Assembly: GCA_963844815.1 (NCBI GenBank)
Contig: CAWJPR010000003.1
Location: 146,419 to 210,418 of the forward strand
Direction: 5' to 3'
Source of the DNA: an uncultured Chloroflexia bacterium
GTDB taxonomy: Bacteria; Chloroflexota; Anaerolineae; Fen-1058
Length of the DNA stretch: 64,000 nt
Every line of letters begins with the position of its first letter. The first letter of the stretch is position 1. Positions 1 through 9,751 of the stretch are shown here, piece after piece. The notes beneath the pieces are model-generated. The model was not told where the DNA came from. It was given only the letters and a program-made list of their open reading frames with translations, and did not search any database. A program made the position numbers and the translations under genes.

Positions 1-1525
1 TCTTGTCGCCGGTCTGCGACGTATCGATCAGTTGGAAATTCTGCGGCATTAACGGGCCGACATTGGCAAACCGATCGATGCTCCACTTGTCCAGTGCCAC
101 CACATACTGACCATCGGGTGAAGCCGTGTCGCCCTCCGCCGCAGCGATGTGGCCGATGTTGTATTGCACGGGCAGGGCCTGCACCAGCGTCCACGGTTCT
201 TCGGGATGCTTGTCGGCATACGGGCCGCCCAGCGTCCAGCGCGTCACGGTGCTATCGAGGAACATCGAGGTGTAGGCGTAACCCTTATCGTCAAAGACCG
301 TGTGCAGCGGGCCAAGACCCAGCTCTACCTGTGCTTCTTTCGTGTCATCCAACTTCAACACCGGGACGCCAAAGGCATCCTTCTCAGTTGGACCAGCGGC
401 GATGGCCTTCTGAATCTTGTCGAAAGAATAGATCGTCACATGTGGATCGAGCTTGCCGCCCACCACGATGAACTCGCCGCCAGGAGTCACATCGGAGCCG
501 TGCGGACTCTTGGGTTCTGGTGTGAAGTACAGCAGCTTGTCGCTGATGGCCGTTTCAAGTGGAATGACACTGATGCCGTTGATGTCCTGACCCTTGCCCG
601 CTTTGAACGCGGCTTCGGCGGCTTTCCAGTTGATGATGTGCAGATAGTCGGTGTCATTCTGCGAGGTGCCCGCTTCGTAGGGCGCGCCCGTGCCGTCGGG
701 GCCATTGCCGGTCGCCATTTCGGTGTTGAACGAATTGCAGAAGATCCAGCCCTCGCTCACACCCTTGCCTGCGTCGCACAAATCCTGCCAGTAGGGCGGC
801 AGCTCCATCTGGAACGACTGCGCTTCGTCGATGCGGCCCTTCTCGCGGTCGAACTTCCAGAACGTGATCACGCCGCGATACTTCTCCTTGTATTCGCTCA
901 ACGGAGCGTAGCCCCAGCCAATCGGCGTGGCATACTGCGGGCCTTCGATCACGTACTCGGTGTTGGGCGTCACGAACGAGCCGCCGTGATCGACGATGGC
1001 GTTCGGGTTCTTCACGATCTGCTTCGTCTCGAAGTCGCGCAGATCGATCACGGCCACGCGCGCATTCGCCTTATCGTTGATGAACAGCCACTGGCCGTCG
1101 TACTCGCCGCCGGTTTCGCTGAGGCCGGGGTGGTGCGTGTCGCCCCACTTGATCTCTTGGTCGCCCACGTAACCTTCGGCCAGCACCTTATCGCCGCCGC
1201 CGCCAAGGCCGTAACCCTGCCACGGCTCCGGCGTGAAGACGCCGATCAGTCGCAGGATGCGCATCGAGGGCACACCGACGACCAACACCTGTCCGCTCTG
1301 CCCGCCTGACGCGAACATGATGTACGGATCGAGCTGCCCCGACGGCGTGTAGGTCTTCAGCGCTGCCGTAATATCGGCGGGGGTCAAGCCGCGCGCCGCC
1401 GCCACCGCGGCGGCATCCTGCGGAATGCCGGTGGCCGCTTCGGGCGTGGCCGGGCCGCCGCTGCAGGCTGCCACCAGGCCCGCAATAACCGCCACAACAA
1501 AAATAACCTTCTTCCAGTGTTTCAT
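1..1525 (-). CDS. nosZ: Nitrous-oxide reductase NosZ. It is partial: the C-terminal CuA domain runs off the window start. It carries a Sec/lipoprotein-type signal peptide, which is clade II-like.
   Basis: The reverse-complement translation from the ATG at 1523-1525 gives MKHWKKVIFVVAVIAGLVAACSGG..., with a lipobox. Conserved NosZ blocks follow: SGGQSGQVLVVGVPSMRILRLIGVF, EPWQGYG, DTHHP, and a His-rich CuZ-ligand region. A perfect AAGGAGG Shine-Dalgarno sequence lies 7 nt upstream. The listed plus-strand ORF at 149..1309 is an antisense artefact. Confidence 0.88.
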   Translation of the reverse strand, partial: MKHWKKVIFVVAVIAGLVAACSGGPATPEAATGIPQDAAAVAAARGLTPADITAALKTYTPSGQLDPYIMFASGGQSGQVLVVGVPSMRILRLIGVFTPEPWQGYGLGGGGDKVLAEGYVGDQEIKWGDTHHPGLSETGGEYDGQWLFINDKANARVAVIDLRDFETKQIVKNPNAIVDHGGSFVTPNTEYVIEGPQYATPIGWGYAPLSEYKEKYRGVITFWKFDREKGRIDEAQSFQMELPPYWQDLCDAGKGVSEGWIFCNSFNTEMATGNGPDGTGAPYEAGTSQNDTDYLHIINWKAAEAAFKAGKGQDINGISVIPLETAISDKLLYFTPEPKSPHGSDVTPGGEFIVVGGKLDPHVTIYSFDKIQKAIAAGPTEKDAFGVPVLKLDDTKEAQVELGLGPLHTVFDDKGYAYTSMFLDSTVTRWTLGGPYADKHPEEPWTLVQALPVQYNIGHIAAAEGDTASPDGQYVVALDKWSIDRFANVGPLMPQNFQLIDTSQTGDK

Positions 1526-1561
1526 CTTCTTCCTCCTTGGAGAAACGAATGTGGGTTAACG

Positions 1562-1903
1562 TCAAATCCGCTTCGGCAGTTCTGCAATCGCCGTGATCAA
1601 ATCGGCTGTGCGCGCGCCAATGCGCTGCTGCGTGATAACCTGCACGCTGTCGGCATTGAGATCGGCGTACAGGATGGGCAGATCGGGCTGCGTGGCGATG
1701 AGTTGGCCGTAATCGTGATCAGCCGCCCGATCGATCACGGCGACGATCACGGCATCCGGTCGATGCGTGGCAATCGCCGCCAAGGCCGCACCCGAAGTCG
1801 GCACACAGGCGGCCACCTCAACCTGATCAGACTGGGCCAGTATTTGCGACAGCGATTCTGCAAAGAGGGAGTCGCCGACGATGACGACGGTGCGCCGTTT
1901 CAT
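1562..1903 (-). CDS. Small receiver-like (pseudo-REC fold) hypothetical protein immediately upstream of nosZ on the same strand.
   Basis: The 113-aa ORF lies 37 nt upstream of nosZ. Its pattern TVVIVGDS...PDAVIVAVID...LPILYAD resembles a CheY-like beta/alpha fold but lacks the canonical DxxMP and K residues. Confidence 0.45.
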   Translation of the reverse strand: MKRRTVVIVGDSLFAESLSQILAQSDQVEVAACVPTSGAALAAIATHRPDAVIVAVIDRAADHDYGQLIATQPDLPILYADLNADSVQVITQQRIGARTADLITAIAELPKRI

Positions 1904-2093
1904 GCCAACAGATTACGCCAGAACCGCGCCTCAGTCTATCCGTCTTGATTGGTACAAAGGATGAAAAAAGAACGATCTTGCGATTGCTCGGGGGAAGAAG
2001 AACTAATTCTTTGTGTGGCGTATATTTTCGCGCGGCTTGAAGATTTCGCCGAAGAGGTCGTAGATCAGGTCGGGGTTGGGAGTGATACTCATG

Positions 2094-2912
2094 TCAGACT
2101 CCGCCCTTGGCACTCTGCCAGCCAGCACCGTTCCAGGCGAAGAGATCGGCCGTTGACGCGACTTCAAACCCCAGCCGTTGATACAGCGGGAATCCAGACG
2201 GAGTGGCGAACAATACTGCTGTTGAATATCCCGCGCTTTGAGCGGACTGCATAGCGGCGAGAGTGAGCGCCTGGCCGAGTCCGCGCCCGCGATAGGCGGG
2301 CAGGGTGGTAACGTGATAAATCCCCGCGACTGGCCCTGCGCGCAACAGAGTGGAAACGGCGCACGGCTCACCCTGCCAGCGCGCCAGGAAGTGCTCAAAG
2401 ACAGGTTGCGGCTCGGCAAGCGAGTTGGCCAGGAATTGTCCAAAATCCGGGCGCGACGGCTCTGGTTCCTCAAAGCCTGCCATGAACACCTTCAGCCAAT
2501 CGACCTGATCTTGCCGGGTCTCCACCCGGCTAAGTTCGACTTCTGGCGGAAGAGAGGCGCGCGGCGGATCCGCCAGCGCGCGCGCCATGGCAGGAAGACT
2601 GAGCGTCAAGAGCTCTAGCCCTTTGGAGATCAGATAACGGCCAAGGCCGGGTGTGCCAACCGCCGGCCAGTCCACCCAGAAAAAGGGCAGGTTCTGGGCG
2701 AGGAAAACAGCCAGGATCGGATCGGCCATCTTGTGCAAGCCCTCGGCGGGTGAGACTGCCGTGTGAAGCACACCGTTAAAACGAAACTGGCTGCGCCGCC
2801 CCGTGGTGAACCACGTGGCCTGTTCCTGCTCGATGTATTGACCGCCCAGATAACGGGCCATGCCCTTGTAGTAGGCCAGGGCGTTGTCCTCGATGGCGTG
2901 TATCAGGGTCAT
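2094..2912 (-). CDS. GNAT family N-acetyltransferase.
   Basis: The C-terminal GNAT motif A is present: YRGRGLGQALTLAAMQSAQSAGY. The start was chosen as MTLIHAIED, which is internal to the longest ORF. Confidence 0.65.
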   Translation of the reverse strand: MTLIHAIEDNALAYYKGMARYLGGQYIEQEQATWFTTGRRSQFRFNGVLHTAVSPAEGLHKMADPILAVFLAQNLPFFWVDWPAVGTPGLGRYLISKGLELLTLSLPAMARALADPPRASLPPEVELSRVETRQDQVDWLKVFMAGFEEPEPSRPDFGQFLANSLAEPQPVFEHFLARWQGEPCAVSTLLRAGPVAGIYHVTTLPAYRGRGLGQALTLAAMQSAQSAGYSTAVLFATPSGFPLYQRLGFEVASTADLFAWNGAGWQSAKGGV

Positions 2913-2979
2913 GTTTGCCTGCCCCCTCCACTTTGACCCACATTGGCCGGACTCAACAATCTCTGCCGCATACAAGCGA

Positions 2980-3747
2980 TCACTCATAAAGCCGTCCCGT
3001 CACATCATTCCCGCAAGCATTTTCAATTTCTCTTGCGTTGGGGAGCAGCGCATACGTCGCGGCGGAGTTGATCTTTGCCGCTGCTGGTTGGAGGTAATGC
3101 TGATGGTGTTCCAACTCAAGCGGCGGAATTTCGAGCAGATCCCAGATCGCGGCGATCTGCTGTTTCTGGTGTGACATGTCCGAAAAGTAGAGTTCCTCAT
3201 AGGTTAGTTTGATGGCTTTGTTCCCGGCTCGCTCGTCAACGACCGACTCGAAGAAATCCAGGCGCTGTTTCAAATCGGCCACGCGCAGTTGAACGTCTTG
3301 AATATCGAGCGGCCGGAGGTCCCGATAGTATTCCTCCAGCGGCCTGGTCATTTCCCACTTCTTCCACACCTGTGTTTGTTCGGCGATGAGAACAGAGACA
3401 ACCGCCTGCAACAAATTTCTGCGTCGCAGAAAGATGATTTTACAGTCGGGGCGCCGCAGTAAATGGACGGCGAGGCCAGTCGGAAGTTGATAATCGAGTA
3501 GTTTGATGCCATTCTGGGCTGTGAATATTTCCGCGACCTGCGCTTCCAGCGATGGGATATCAGTGACCAGCTCCCGGTAGTTTTTGTTGGCGGCATCCCA
3601 GCGCGCGAAGTTCTCGTTGAACGGCTCCTCCAGGATATCCAGCTCGGGGTGAGATTGAAGGATTTCGTAAAGACTGGAACTTCCGCTTCTCGGATGAGCG
3701 AAAAATATGACTTGAACATTTCGGTTCATGATGGTTATTGACCTCAA
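2980..3747 (-). CDS. Sulfotransferase family protein (Stf0-like).
   Basis: The N-terminal PAPS-binding P-loop FFAHPRSGSSSL and a RRRNLL region are typical of sulfotransferases. Its start overlaps the AOR stop by 4 nt. Confidence 0.55.
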   Translation of the reverse strand: MRSITIMNRNVQVIFFAHPRSGSSSLYEILQSHPELDILEEPFNENFARWDAANKNYRELVTDIPSLEAQVAEIFTAQNGIKLLDYQLPTGLAVHLLRRPDCKIIFLRRRNLLQAVVSVLIAEQTQVWKKWEMTRPLEEYYRDLRPLDIQDVQLRVADLKQRLDFFESVVDERAGNKAIKLTYEELYFSDMSHQKQQIAAIWDLLEIPPLELEHHQHYLQPAAAKINSAATYALLPNAREIENACGNDVTGRLYE

Positions 3748-5585
3748 ACAGCCTCCACGACAAATTCCAAACGATATTTTTCGAGCGTGGCTTGTGTAGG
3801 TCGCCCGTTCATTTCATCCCAGCCGCGGGCGGCGTAGTATTCCTGCATGAGAAGGTTGAAATTGGGCACATGACCTGCGTTAGGACCATCAGGGACGGGG
3901 GTCAGCAAGATCTGGGGCAGGCTATCATTGGCTCGGGTTAGGCCGCAGCGGTGGTTGATTGCCCTTTTGAGATTCCATATGCGCCCGCCAGCCAGCATCA
4001 ATTCTTCCAGTGACCAGTCCAGGCCGGCCACGGCGTTGTAGAGCGCTAACTGCACTGGAATTGGAACGCGGGCAAACATGCAAATCGTCAGGCTGTTGCT
4101 GACGGCGCGATAATCTTGGTGAATGGCGACCAGCTTGGCTTTTCCCTCATCCGGAACGGGCGGAGTCATGATGGGTATGCCGATCTCCGGTTTGCTGGAT
4201 CCCATTTCAGCCAGGAAAAAATCGCTTTGCATGTGGCAGGCGCCGCGCGGCGAAGTCGCGTAGACAATGCTCATGCCGGTCATAGCCCTCGGATCGTGAT
4301 AGGGCATCTCCAAATTGTTGACGTGCGCGGCCAGGTCTTCTACCTGGTAATGGCGCGCCACTGCCCTGGCGCCACGGCGCATCAGTGCCCCGATCCCTTC
4401 TCCTGATACGATTTTGTGAACCAGAACCTCCGCCGGGTGTGGATCACCCCAGACCAGCCTGAGCCCGTCAAGGTCAGTTTCAGTCAGGAATCCGCGATTG
4501 TATAGTAGGTAGGCCAGGCCAATGGTGTTGCTGGTACTGATCGTATCTAGTCCATAGGCGTCACACAGCAGTCCAGTATGGGTGGCGGCGCTCATGTCGC
4601 TGCTGCCAATCACCGATCCGAAGCCCATCATGGTTTCCCACTCGGGCCCTTTGCTCTCTGGTTCTGCGTAGGGACCGTCTGGAACGGTCACGCGACGTCC
4701 GCAGGCAATCACACAGGCGTGGCAGGTGGTCACACCGGTTAAGATCGTGTCGGCCACTACATTTCCGCTGACCAGTTCCTGGCCTTCAAATTGCCCGCAC
4801 GTGAAGTAATGGATCGGCATTTCACCGTAGAGCTGGTATATTTCTGCGGCGGCCCCGCTGCCGGCAGCCCGCAGCGCGCGCGTATCGTTTTCATCGACCA
4901 GGGCCCTGTTGGCTGCGGAGCGAAGCTGCATGAAGACTTCTGGACGCGCAATAGGCAACGGCTGTTTGCCCCGGACGGCAATCGCTTTCAGATTCTTGCT
5001 GCCCATCACGGCGCCCATACCGGTGCGACCGGCAACGCGCCCATGATCGCAAAGGATTGACGCAAAAGGAATCTGACTCTCGCCCGCCTTCCCGATGCAA
5101 GCAACCCGGGCCAATGATTCACCAACCTCTTGTTTGATCAAATCCTGGGTTTCATCAGTAGCGGTGGTTCCCCAGAGACGGGCAGCCTCGCGCAATTCGG
5201 CTTTACCATCGTGAATCCACAGATAAACCGGCGTGGAGGCTTTTCCTGTGACCAAGATGCCATCACAACCTGCAAAGCGAAGTTCACTGCCCCAAAATCC
5301 GCCACAATTTGATTCACCCCAAATACCGGTGGCCGGAGATTTCGCACAGACACTGAACCGGCCATTGGCCGGGCCCGCGGTTCCTGTCAGAGGGCCGGTG
5401 ATGAACAGGAGAGGATTGTGGGGACTAAGTGGATCGAGCTCCTGTGTCAGACGATCCCATAACAGCCGGGCAGCAAGCCCAGCTCCCCCGATAAATGGCT
5501 CGATCAGACCTGTCTCGAGTTGTTCTTGCCATATCTTGCCAGTATCGAGCTCGACGTTGAGAAGGCGGCCAAAGCGATTGATCAT
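3744..5585 (-). CDS. Aldehyde:ferredoxin oxidoreductase (AOR) family, tungsten/molybdopterin-type.
   Basis: The 613-aa product has the AOR N-terminal domain (GGAGLAARLLWD, GPLTGT) and C-terminal AOR motifs (RGACHMQSD, the Cys cluster CHACVIACGRR). Confidence 0.88.
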   Translation of the reverse strand: MINRFGRLLNVELDTGKIWQEQLETGLIEPFIGGAGLAARLLWDRLTQELDPLSPHNPLLFITGPLTGTAGPANGRFSVCAKSPATGIWGESNCGGFWGSELRFAGCDGILVTGKASTPVYLWIHDGKAELREAARLWGTTATDETQDLIKQEVGESLARVACIGKAGESQIPFASILCDHGRVAGRTGMGAVMGSKNLKAIAVRGKQPLPIARPEVFMQLRSAANRALVDENDTRALRAAGSGAAAEIYQLYGEMPIHYFTCGQFEGQELVSGNVVADTILTGVTTCHACVIACGRRVTVPDGPYAEPESKGPEWETMMGFGSVIGSSDMSAATHTGLLCDAYGLDTISTSNTIGLAYLLYNRGFLTETDLDGLRLVWGDPHPAEVLVHKIVSGEGIGALMRRGARAVARHYQVEDLAAHVNNLEMPYHDPRAMTGMSIVYATSPRGACHMQSDFFLAEMGSSKPEIGIPIMTPPVPDEGKAKLVAIHQDYRAVSNSLTICMFARVPIPVQLALYNAVAGLDWSLEELMLAGGRIWNLKRAINHRCGLTRANDSLPQILLTPVPDGPNAGHVPNFNLLMQEYYAARGWDEMNGRPTQATLEKYRLEFVVEAV

Positions 5586-6052
5586 TGAAGTGAAGATCCT
5601 TTTGACATGTCAGTGAGAAAATGGGTCGGGATGGTCGCCGCAACTTCCACCAGGCGCTGCGTGCCGCCGACATTGCGTAGAATGTAAGCGAGATTTCCGT
5701 AGACACGGACCTGGCCGCTGATCATTGCCTGTATAGGTCCGATTTCTTGAGAGAGCACCCGCTTCCAATTGCCGAGCGGCGCCTTGATTTGAAATGCAGC
5801 CGGCCTGGCATCCTCTTCCAGGCAGAAGTCCACGCTGCGGCAGGTGCCATGCCACGAGTCAATGTAAATGACCTGGCTGCTCCTGGCACCCAGCACTCCC
5901 TCAATGTACAGGTTAACGTCGCCCTCCCACCGGCCGCCAACTGATTTGAACTTGGCGTCAGCGTTGAGGCGAATCATTAGCTCGGTCGACCATTCCAGAC
6001 TGGGGAATGTGTAAGTTATGGATCTATTCCTTGCGATATAATCTTGGGTCAT
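5582..6052 (-). CDS. SCP2 (sterol-carrier) domain-like small protein.
   Basis: The SCP2-like pattern MIRLNADAKFKSVGG...DVNLYIEG...GNLAYIL is present. Its stop overlaps the AOR start by 4 nt. The start at 6052 was chosen because a GAGAGG ribosome-binding site precedes it. Confidence 0.4.
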   Translation of the reverse strand: MTQDYIARNRSITYTFPSLEWSTELMIRLNADAKFKSVGGRWEGDVNLYIEGVLGARSSQVIYIDSWHGTCRSVDFCLEEDARPAAFQIKAPLGNWKRVLSQEIGPIQAMISGQVRVYGNLAYILRNVGGTQRLVEVAATIPTHFLTDMSKGSSLQ

Positions 6053-6106
6053 AACGCCTCTCGACTGGGTGAGATGAATTTTAGAAACCATGTCTTAAAT
6101 CTAGGT

Positions 6107-7009
6107 TTATTTGCCTGAATGATTCAGTCCATTGCGCAGCTGCGTCGCGAGATTCGACAGGTCTTCCAGCTCCGCTTCGCTCAAACATGACCAGGGGGTA
6201 AAGAAGTAGCGGTCGGTCAACGCTTCGGCTTGTGCGCGGATGCGTTTGCCATCGGCGGTCAACAGATATTTGCCTGATATTTCCTCAATCCATCCGCGCT
6301 CCATGAGTTCCTGCAAAATTCGAGCATACTCGTCGCGGGTAATTCCACGGAACGACAATTCCTCAAGTAATGTAGCGAGCGTATTGATTTCGCCGCGCCA
6401 GATGTACGACAGCACTTCCCAGCGATTACCTTCGATGTCATGCACCTGCCACGCCGCAATGTGGGAGTCGTCGCGATAAGCGGCTAATTCGCCGAAAAGA
6501 ACGACGAAGCGTTCGAGCGGATACACGGTTCCAAAGCGGTGATAATTTTCCCGCTTGTGGGAAATAAAGAAATGAGGCGGCGGTACGGACGCAGCCAGCG
6601 AGGCTTCGACAAGTTGGGCCAGGGCCTCGAATAGTTTTTGCAGATATCCTTCTGGCATCGGTTGCAGGTGCGCAAGCGAATCACCCGCTCCTCGCCACAC
6701 TCTTTGCGCGGCGATTATTCCGGCTGCGGTGGGGGTATAGCCATTTTTCCCGTCTGAAAGCAAATACCCTTGTCGCACCGCAGCGACAAAGCGTTCCTCG
6801 TTCAAATGCGCCAGGCCATAAGGGAGCATGCGCATGAATTCCGCAGTTGTGATCGGTTCTGAGCCAAAAAGCCATATCGCCGAAATCCAGGTCATCCACC
6901 CAGGTTCAAGACCCAGTTCAGCGGCAGCCTTACCCATCGCGGGGAAGCCGTAGCCGCCCAGGAGGTCGAAACATTCTTCGAGAACAGGCCAGATGGAATT
7001 TGGGTTCAT
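6107..7009 (-). CDS. Hypothetical protein with a C-terminal winged-helix-like region.
   Basis: The ORF is about 300 aa. An AAGGA ribosome-binding site lies before the ATG at 7007-7009. The C-terminus (LATLLEELSFRGITRDEYARILQELMERGWIEE) looks like a winged helix-turn-helix. Confidence 0.45.
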   Translation of the reverse strand: MNPNSIWPVLEECFDLLGGYGFPAMGKAAAELGLEPGWMTWISAIWLFGSEPITTAEFMRMLPYGLAHLNEERFVAAVRQGYLLSDGKNGYTPTAAGIIAAQRVWRGAGDSLAHLQPMPEGYLQKLFEALAQLVEASLAASVPPPHFFISHKRENYHRFGTVYPLERFVVLFGELAAYRDDSHIAAWQVHDIEGNRWEVLSYIWRGEINTLATLLEELSFRGITRDEYARILQELMERGWIEEISGKYLLTADGKRIRAQAEALTDRYFFTPWSCLSEAELEDLSNLATQLRNGLNHSGK

Positions 7010-7080
7010 AGGATTCCTTATCTCAGTCAAAGTGCGTTAGCCGGGAAGTCGGCGGACAGTATGCGGCAGACAATGCTGCG

Positions 7081-7464
7081 CTAGCGCAGCCGCCTGGCCA
7101 TCTCGAGGCCAAGCGCCTTCAGGCCGTTGGCCGGGCGAATAAAGACCTCGAATTCGGCAATCAGGCCGTCGTCGTCCAGCCGAATCAGGTCAATCCCCTT
7201 CATGGACAGATCGCCCACCCGGGCGCTGAACTCCAACGCCCAGTCGTTGCCGTCGATCAGCTCGCGGTGATAGGCGAAGTCCTGAAAGACCTCGCTGACG
7301 GTGGTGAGGATCGGCCCTGCTGCCTGACGCCCGTGGTACGGCTCCCACAAATACGGTGAGCGAAAGACGACGTTTTCGGCCAGCATCGCTTGCAGATCCT
7401 GCCTGTCGCGCTTGAAGACGATGTTGTGCCAGCGATCCAGGTGGGGGTGTGAAGAGAGAGCCAT
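7081..7464 (-). CDS. NTF2-like / SnoaL-like small protein.
   Basis: The 127-aa product has a composition typical of ketosteroid-isomerase-fold proteins. Confidence 0.45.
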   Translation of the reverse strand: MALSSHPHLDRWHNIVFKRDRQDLQAMLAENVVFRSPYLWEPYHGRQAAGPILTTVSEVFQDFAYHRELIDGNDWALEFSARVGDLSMKGIDLIRLDDDGLIAEFEVFIRPANGLKALGLEMARRLR

Positions 7465-7719
7465 GCGCTTTTTTAGTTCCTTTCCTGGGCTGTTTACACT
7501 TGTGCAGCCGATGAGTGACTGTCCTGATTAGAATTCCGTTACCTGCACCTCGGGTTCCAGGCTCCTAAGCCATGCGGACGATGGAACAGAAATGCTCAGA
7601 TTCACCAAGACTTTCTTTCAGGGAGGTCAACGGGAATGCCAAACTGTCCAATGCCTGGACGCCACTCTCTGTAAGCTGGATGTTATACCGCAGGCACTCC
7701 GTTGACCTCTCGCGCGATA

Positions 7720-8013
7720 CTAGGCTGTTTTCTGTGCGGCCACCGTCCCAGCCGTGATTTCGGGCGGACCTGCGACAAGTGATGCGATGTTCTCTTTAAC
7801 CCAGTCCGCCGCCATGCGGTTGGACTCCTCCGCCCCAGCTTGATCCTGAAAGATACTGACTGAAGCAACTACGTCGTTTCCTGCATCTACAACGTAGTAA
7901 GCGACGAAGCCCGGGGCTGTGCTGATAATGGGCACAAAGCCTGCATTCACTCGCCTGGCTAGGCCGGAGGCGGCACCTTGGGTTGTCTTGTACCGTCGTA
8001 TGCTGGCGTACAT
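7720..8013 (-). CDS. Small alpha/beta-barrel protein, likely ABM/Dabb-like.
   Basis: The 97-aa ORF has good codon usage, but the fold assignment is tentative. Confidence 0.35.
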   Translation of the reverse strand: MYASIRRYKTTQGAASGLARRVNAGFVPIISTAPGFVAYYVVDAGNDVVASVSIFQDQAGAEESNRMAADWVKENIASLVAGPPEITAGTVAAQKTA

Positions 8014-8414
8014 TTTGTCTCCTTTTTGGTGTTTGACACGCGATCACGTGCTTACAGAGAGCAGGACCGTGTAGGACGCAAGTGTTAGGCCATAGATCGG
8101 TTGCGTGCTTGAATCAAACTAACCGCACTCGTGTGCACATACTAAATACTCCAGTGGTCTAGCCCGCGCAAGACAAGTTTGGTTGAAATGATCCGGTTTG
8201 TGTCCCTCTTTACAAGTAAGAGGACGGGCGAACTTCAGCAAACTTGCTGACGACCGCGCCATCGGCGGCGATGCGGCCAACAGCCTCGAGCTAAGCCGCC
8301 TGGCCAGCCCGGAGTCTTGATGCTAACCTTAGGCTGGCCGGGGCAGCTCCCTGCGAGCGATTGAGCGGCAGGAGGGAGTGCGGTGACTACTCCTTAAAGC
8401 CGGACGTCATCGGC

Positions 8415-8915
8415 TCAAGAGACCTGCGCCCCCCATCGTCGGTGGAGCGCAGATCGACAGGCACGCCAAGGGTCTGCGCCAATCCTTCGCAACCCCAGCG
8501 CATGATGGTCCCGAAGCTCGAGCGGACGACTCTCGGCGCGAACGGGATAGGGAGGTTCATCCACCACCGGTTGGTTCGGACGTCGACGTCGAAGCGAAGT
8601 CTCCGTCCCTCCGTCGACCGGGGCGAGCGTCCACCTGCAGGTGCCCGCCAGGTCACCGCTCGCACGTCCGTCGAGCAGCTTCCCGCCCTCGATCCGAAGC
8701 ATCTCGAGGTCGAAGACGAGAGTGTACGGCACCCAGCTGCGCCACCGTTGGCGCAGGACGGTGCCGACGCCGCTCTCGTCGCCACGACGCAACACCTCGA
8801 CGCTCCGGATGCCTCGCCACCAGGTGGGCCAGGTGGCGTAGTTGGCCAGAGCCTCCCATACCCGCTCGGTGACGGCGGGCGTCCACCACACAGTCAGGAA
8901 ACGGTAGTCAGCCAT
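8415..8915 (-). CDS. SRPBCC (polyketide cyclase/START-like) family protein.
   Basis: The product begins MADYRFLTVWWTPAVTERVWEALANYATWPTWW and is preceded by an AAGGAGG ribosome-binding site. Confidence 0.5.
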   Translation of the reverse strand: MADYRFLTVWWTPAVTERVWEALANYATWPTWWRGIRSVEVLRRGDESGVGTVLRQRWRSWVPYTLVFDLEMLRIEGGKLLDGRASGDLAGTCRWTLAPVDGGTETSLRRRRPNQPVVDEPPYPVRAESRPLELRDHHALGLRRIGADPWRACRSALHRRWGAQVS

Positions 8916-9031
8916 GGATCCCTCCTTAGTTGCCTCGCGCCGCATGCTTGGCTCACGTGCGCAGGCTGGCAACAGCCTCTGTCAATACCTCCCGTATCGG
9001 CGTGTACACCGATCCAAGCTCTCGCTTGGCT

Positions 9032-9751
9032 TTACTGCCGTCGATTTGAAAACCCTGTTTCATCATTCTCTCGGTCTTGCGGCCATGGTGCACCTGTTTG
9101 CAGGGCTGTTGCATATTCCTGAAGCCGCTGGTCATCATGCCCACGGATTTGCGTCAAGAAAGGAAAATCCTCCGGTGTGACCATGAGTTTCGCCAATGGT
9201 TGAACAGGCACGAGGCTTGCCACCTGTGCGATATGAACTTCATTGGGGCCAAAGGTGATCGGCGGTTGAAGCGTGAAGGTGCTGCGTGGCAAGAGATAGA
9301 CTGTGCCCGTTCGCCAGGGTTGATTTGGAAGAGCCGCTTGGCTGACGGAGAAGACATAGTATGGCCCGTGGAGGTTGCCGGTTTCGTCGGCAAGACGAAC
9401 ACAGGCATTGGTGATTGACATCACACGCTCGCGATCGACGATGGCAAAGAACATGGCCCACAGCCCATCCACTGCAGCATAGACGGCTTTCCGATTGCCA
9501 AATTCGTTGAGGTCATTGGATTGGCGTGGCTCGAATAGGGCGATATTGGGATCACCGGAACCGTGCAAAGCAATATCATGATGATCGGCGATATGGCAGA
9601 GGAACTGCCACTTGGGCCAGGGCAAAGTGAACTGAATAGTGGGGCATCCGTCGATGCCGAGAGTTGTATTGAGCAACTCATCAAAAGCAATCTGAGTTCC
9701 TTCGTCGAAGTGCTCGTTTGGGCGTGTCAGCCAATAATCCGGTAGCAGCAT
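9032..9751 (-). CDS. Hypothetical protein.
   Basis: A 239-aa ORF with no recognisable family. Confidence 0.4.
   Translation of the reverse strand: MLLPDYWLTRPNEHFDEGTQIAFDELLNTTLGIDGCPTIQFTLPWPKWQFLCHIADHHDIALHGSGDPNIALFEPRQSNDLNEFGNRKAVYAAVDGLWAMFFAIVDRERVMSITNACVRLADETGNLHGPYYVFSVSQAALPNQPWRTGTVYLLPRSTFTLQPPITFGPNEVHIAQVASLVPVQPLAKLMVTPEDFPFLTQIRGHDDQRLQEYATALQTGAPWPQDRENDETGFSNRRQ

Noticed and set aside
149-1309. 386-aa plus-strand ORF.
   Set aside because: It is antisense to nosZ. The minus-strand frame gives an unambiguous NosZ translation, and high GC generates long spurious antisense ORFs.
8361-9122. 253-aa plus-strand ORF.
   Set aside because: It is antisense to the SRPBCC gene and intergenic DNA. 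Its Pro/Arg/Ser-rich, low-complexity composition is typical of GC-rich noise.
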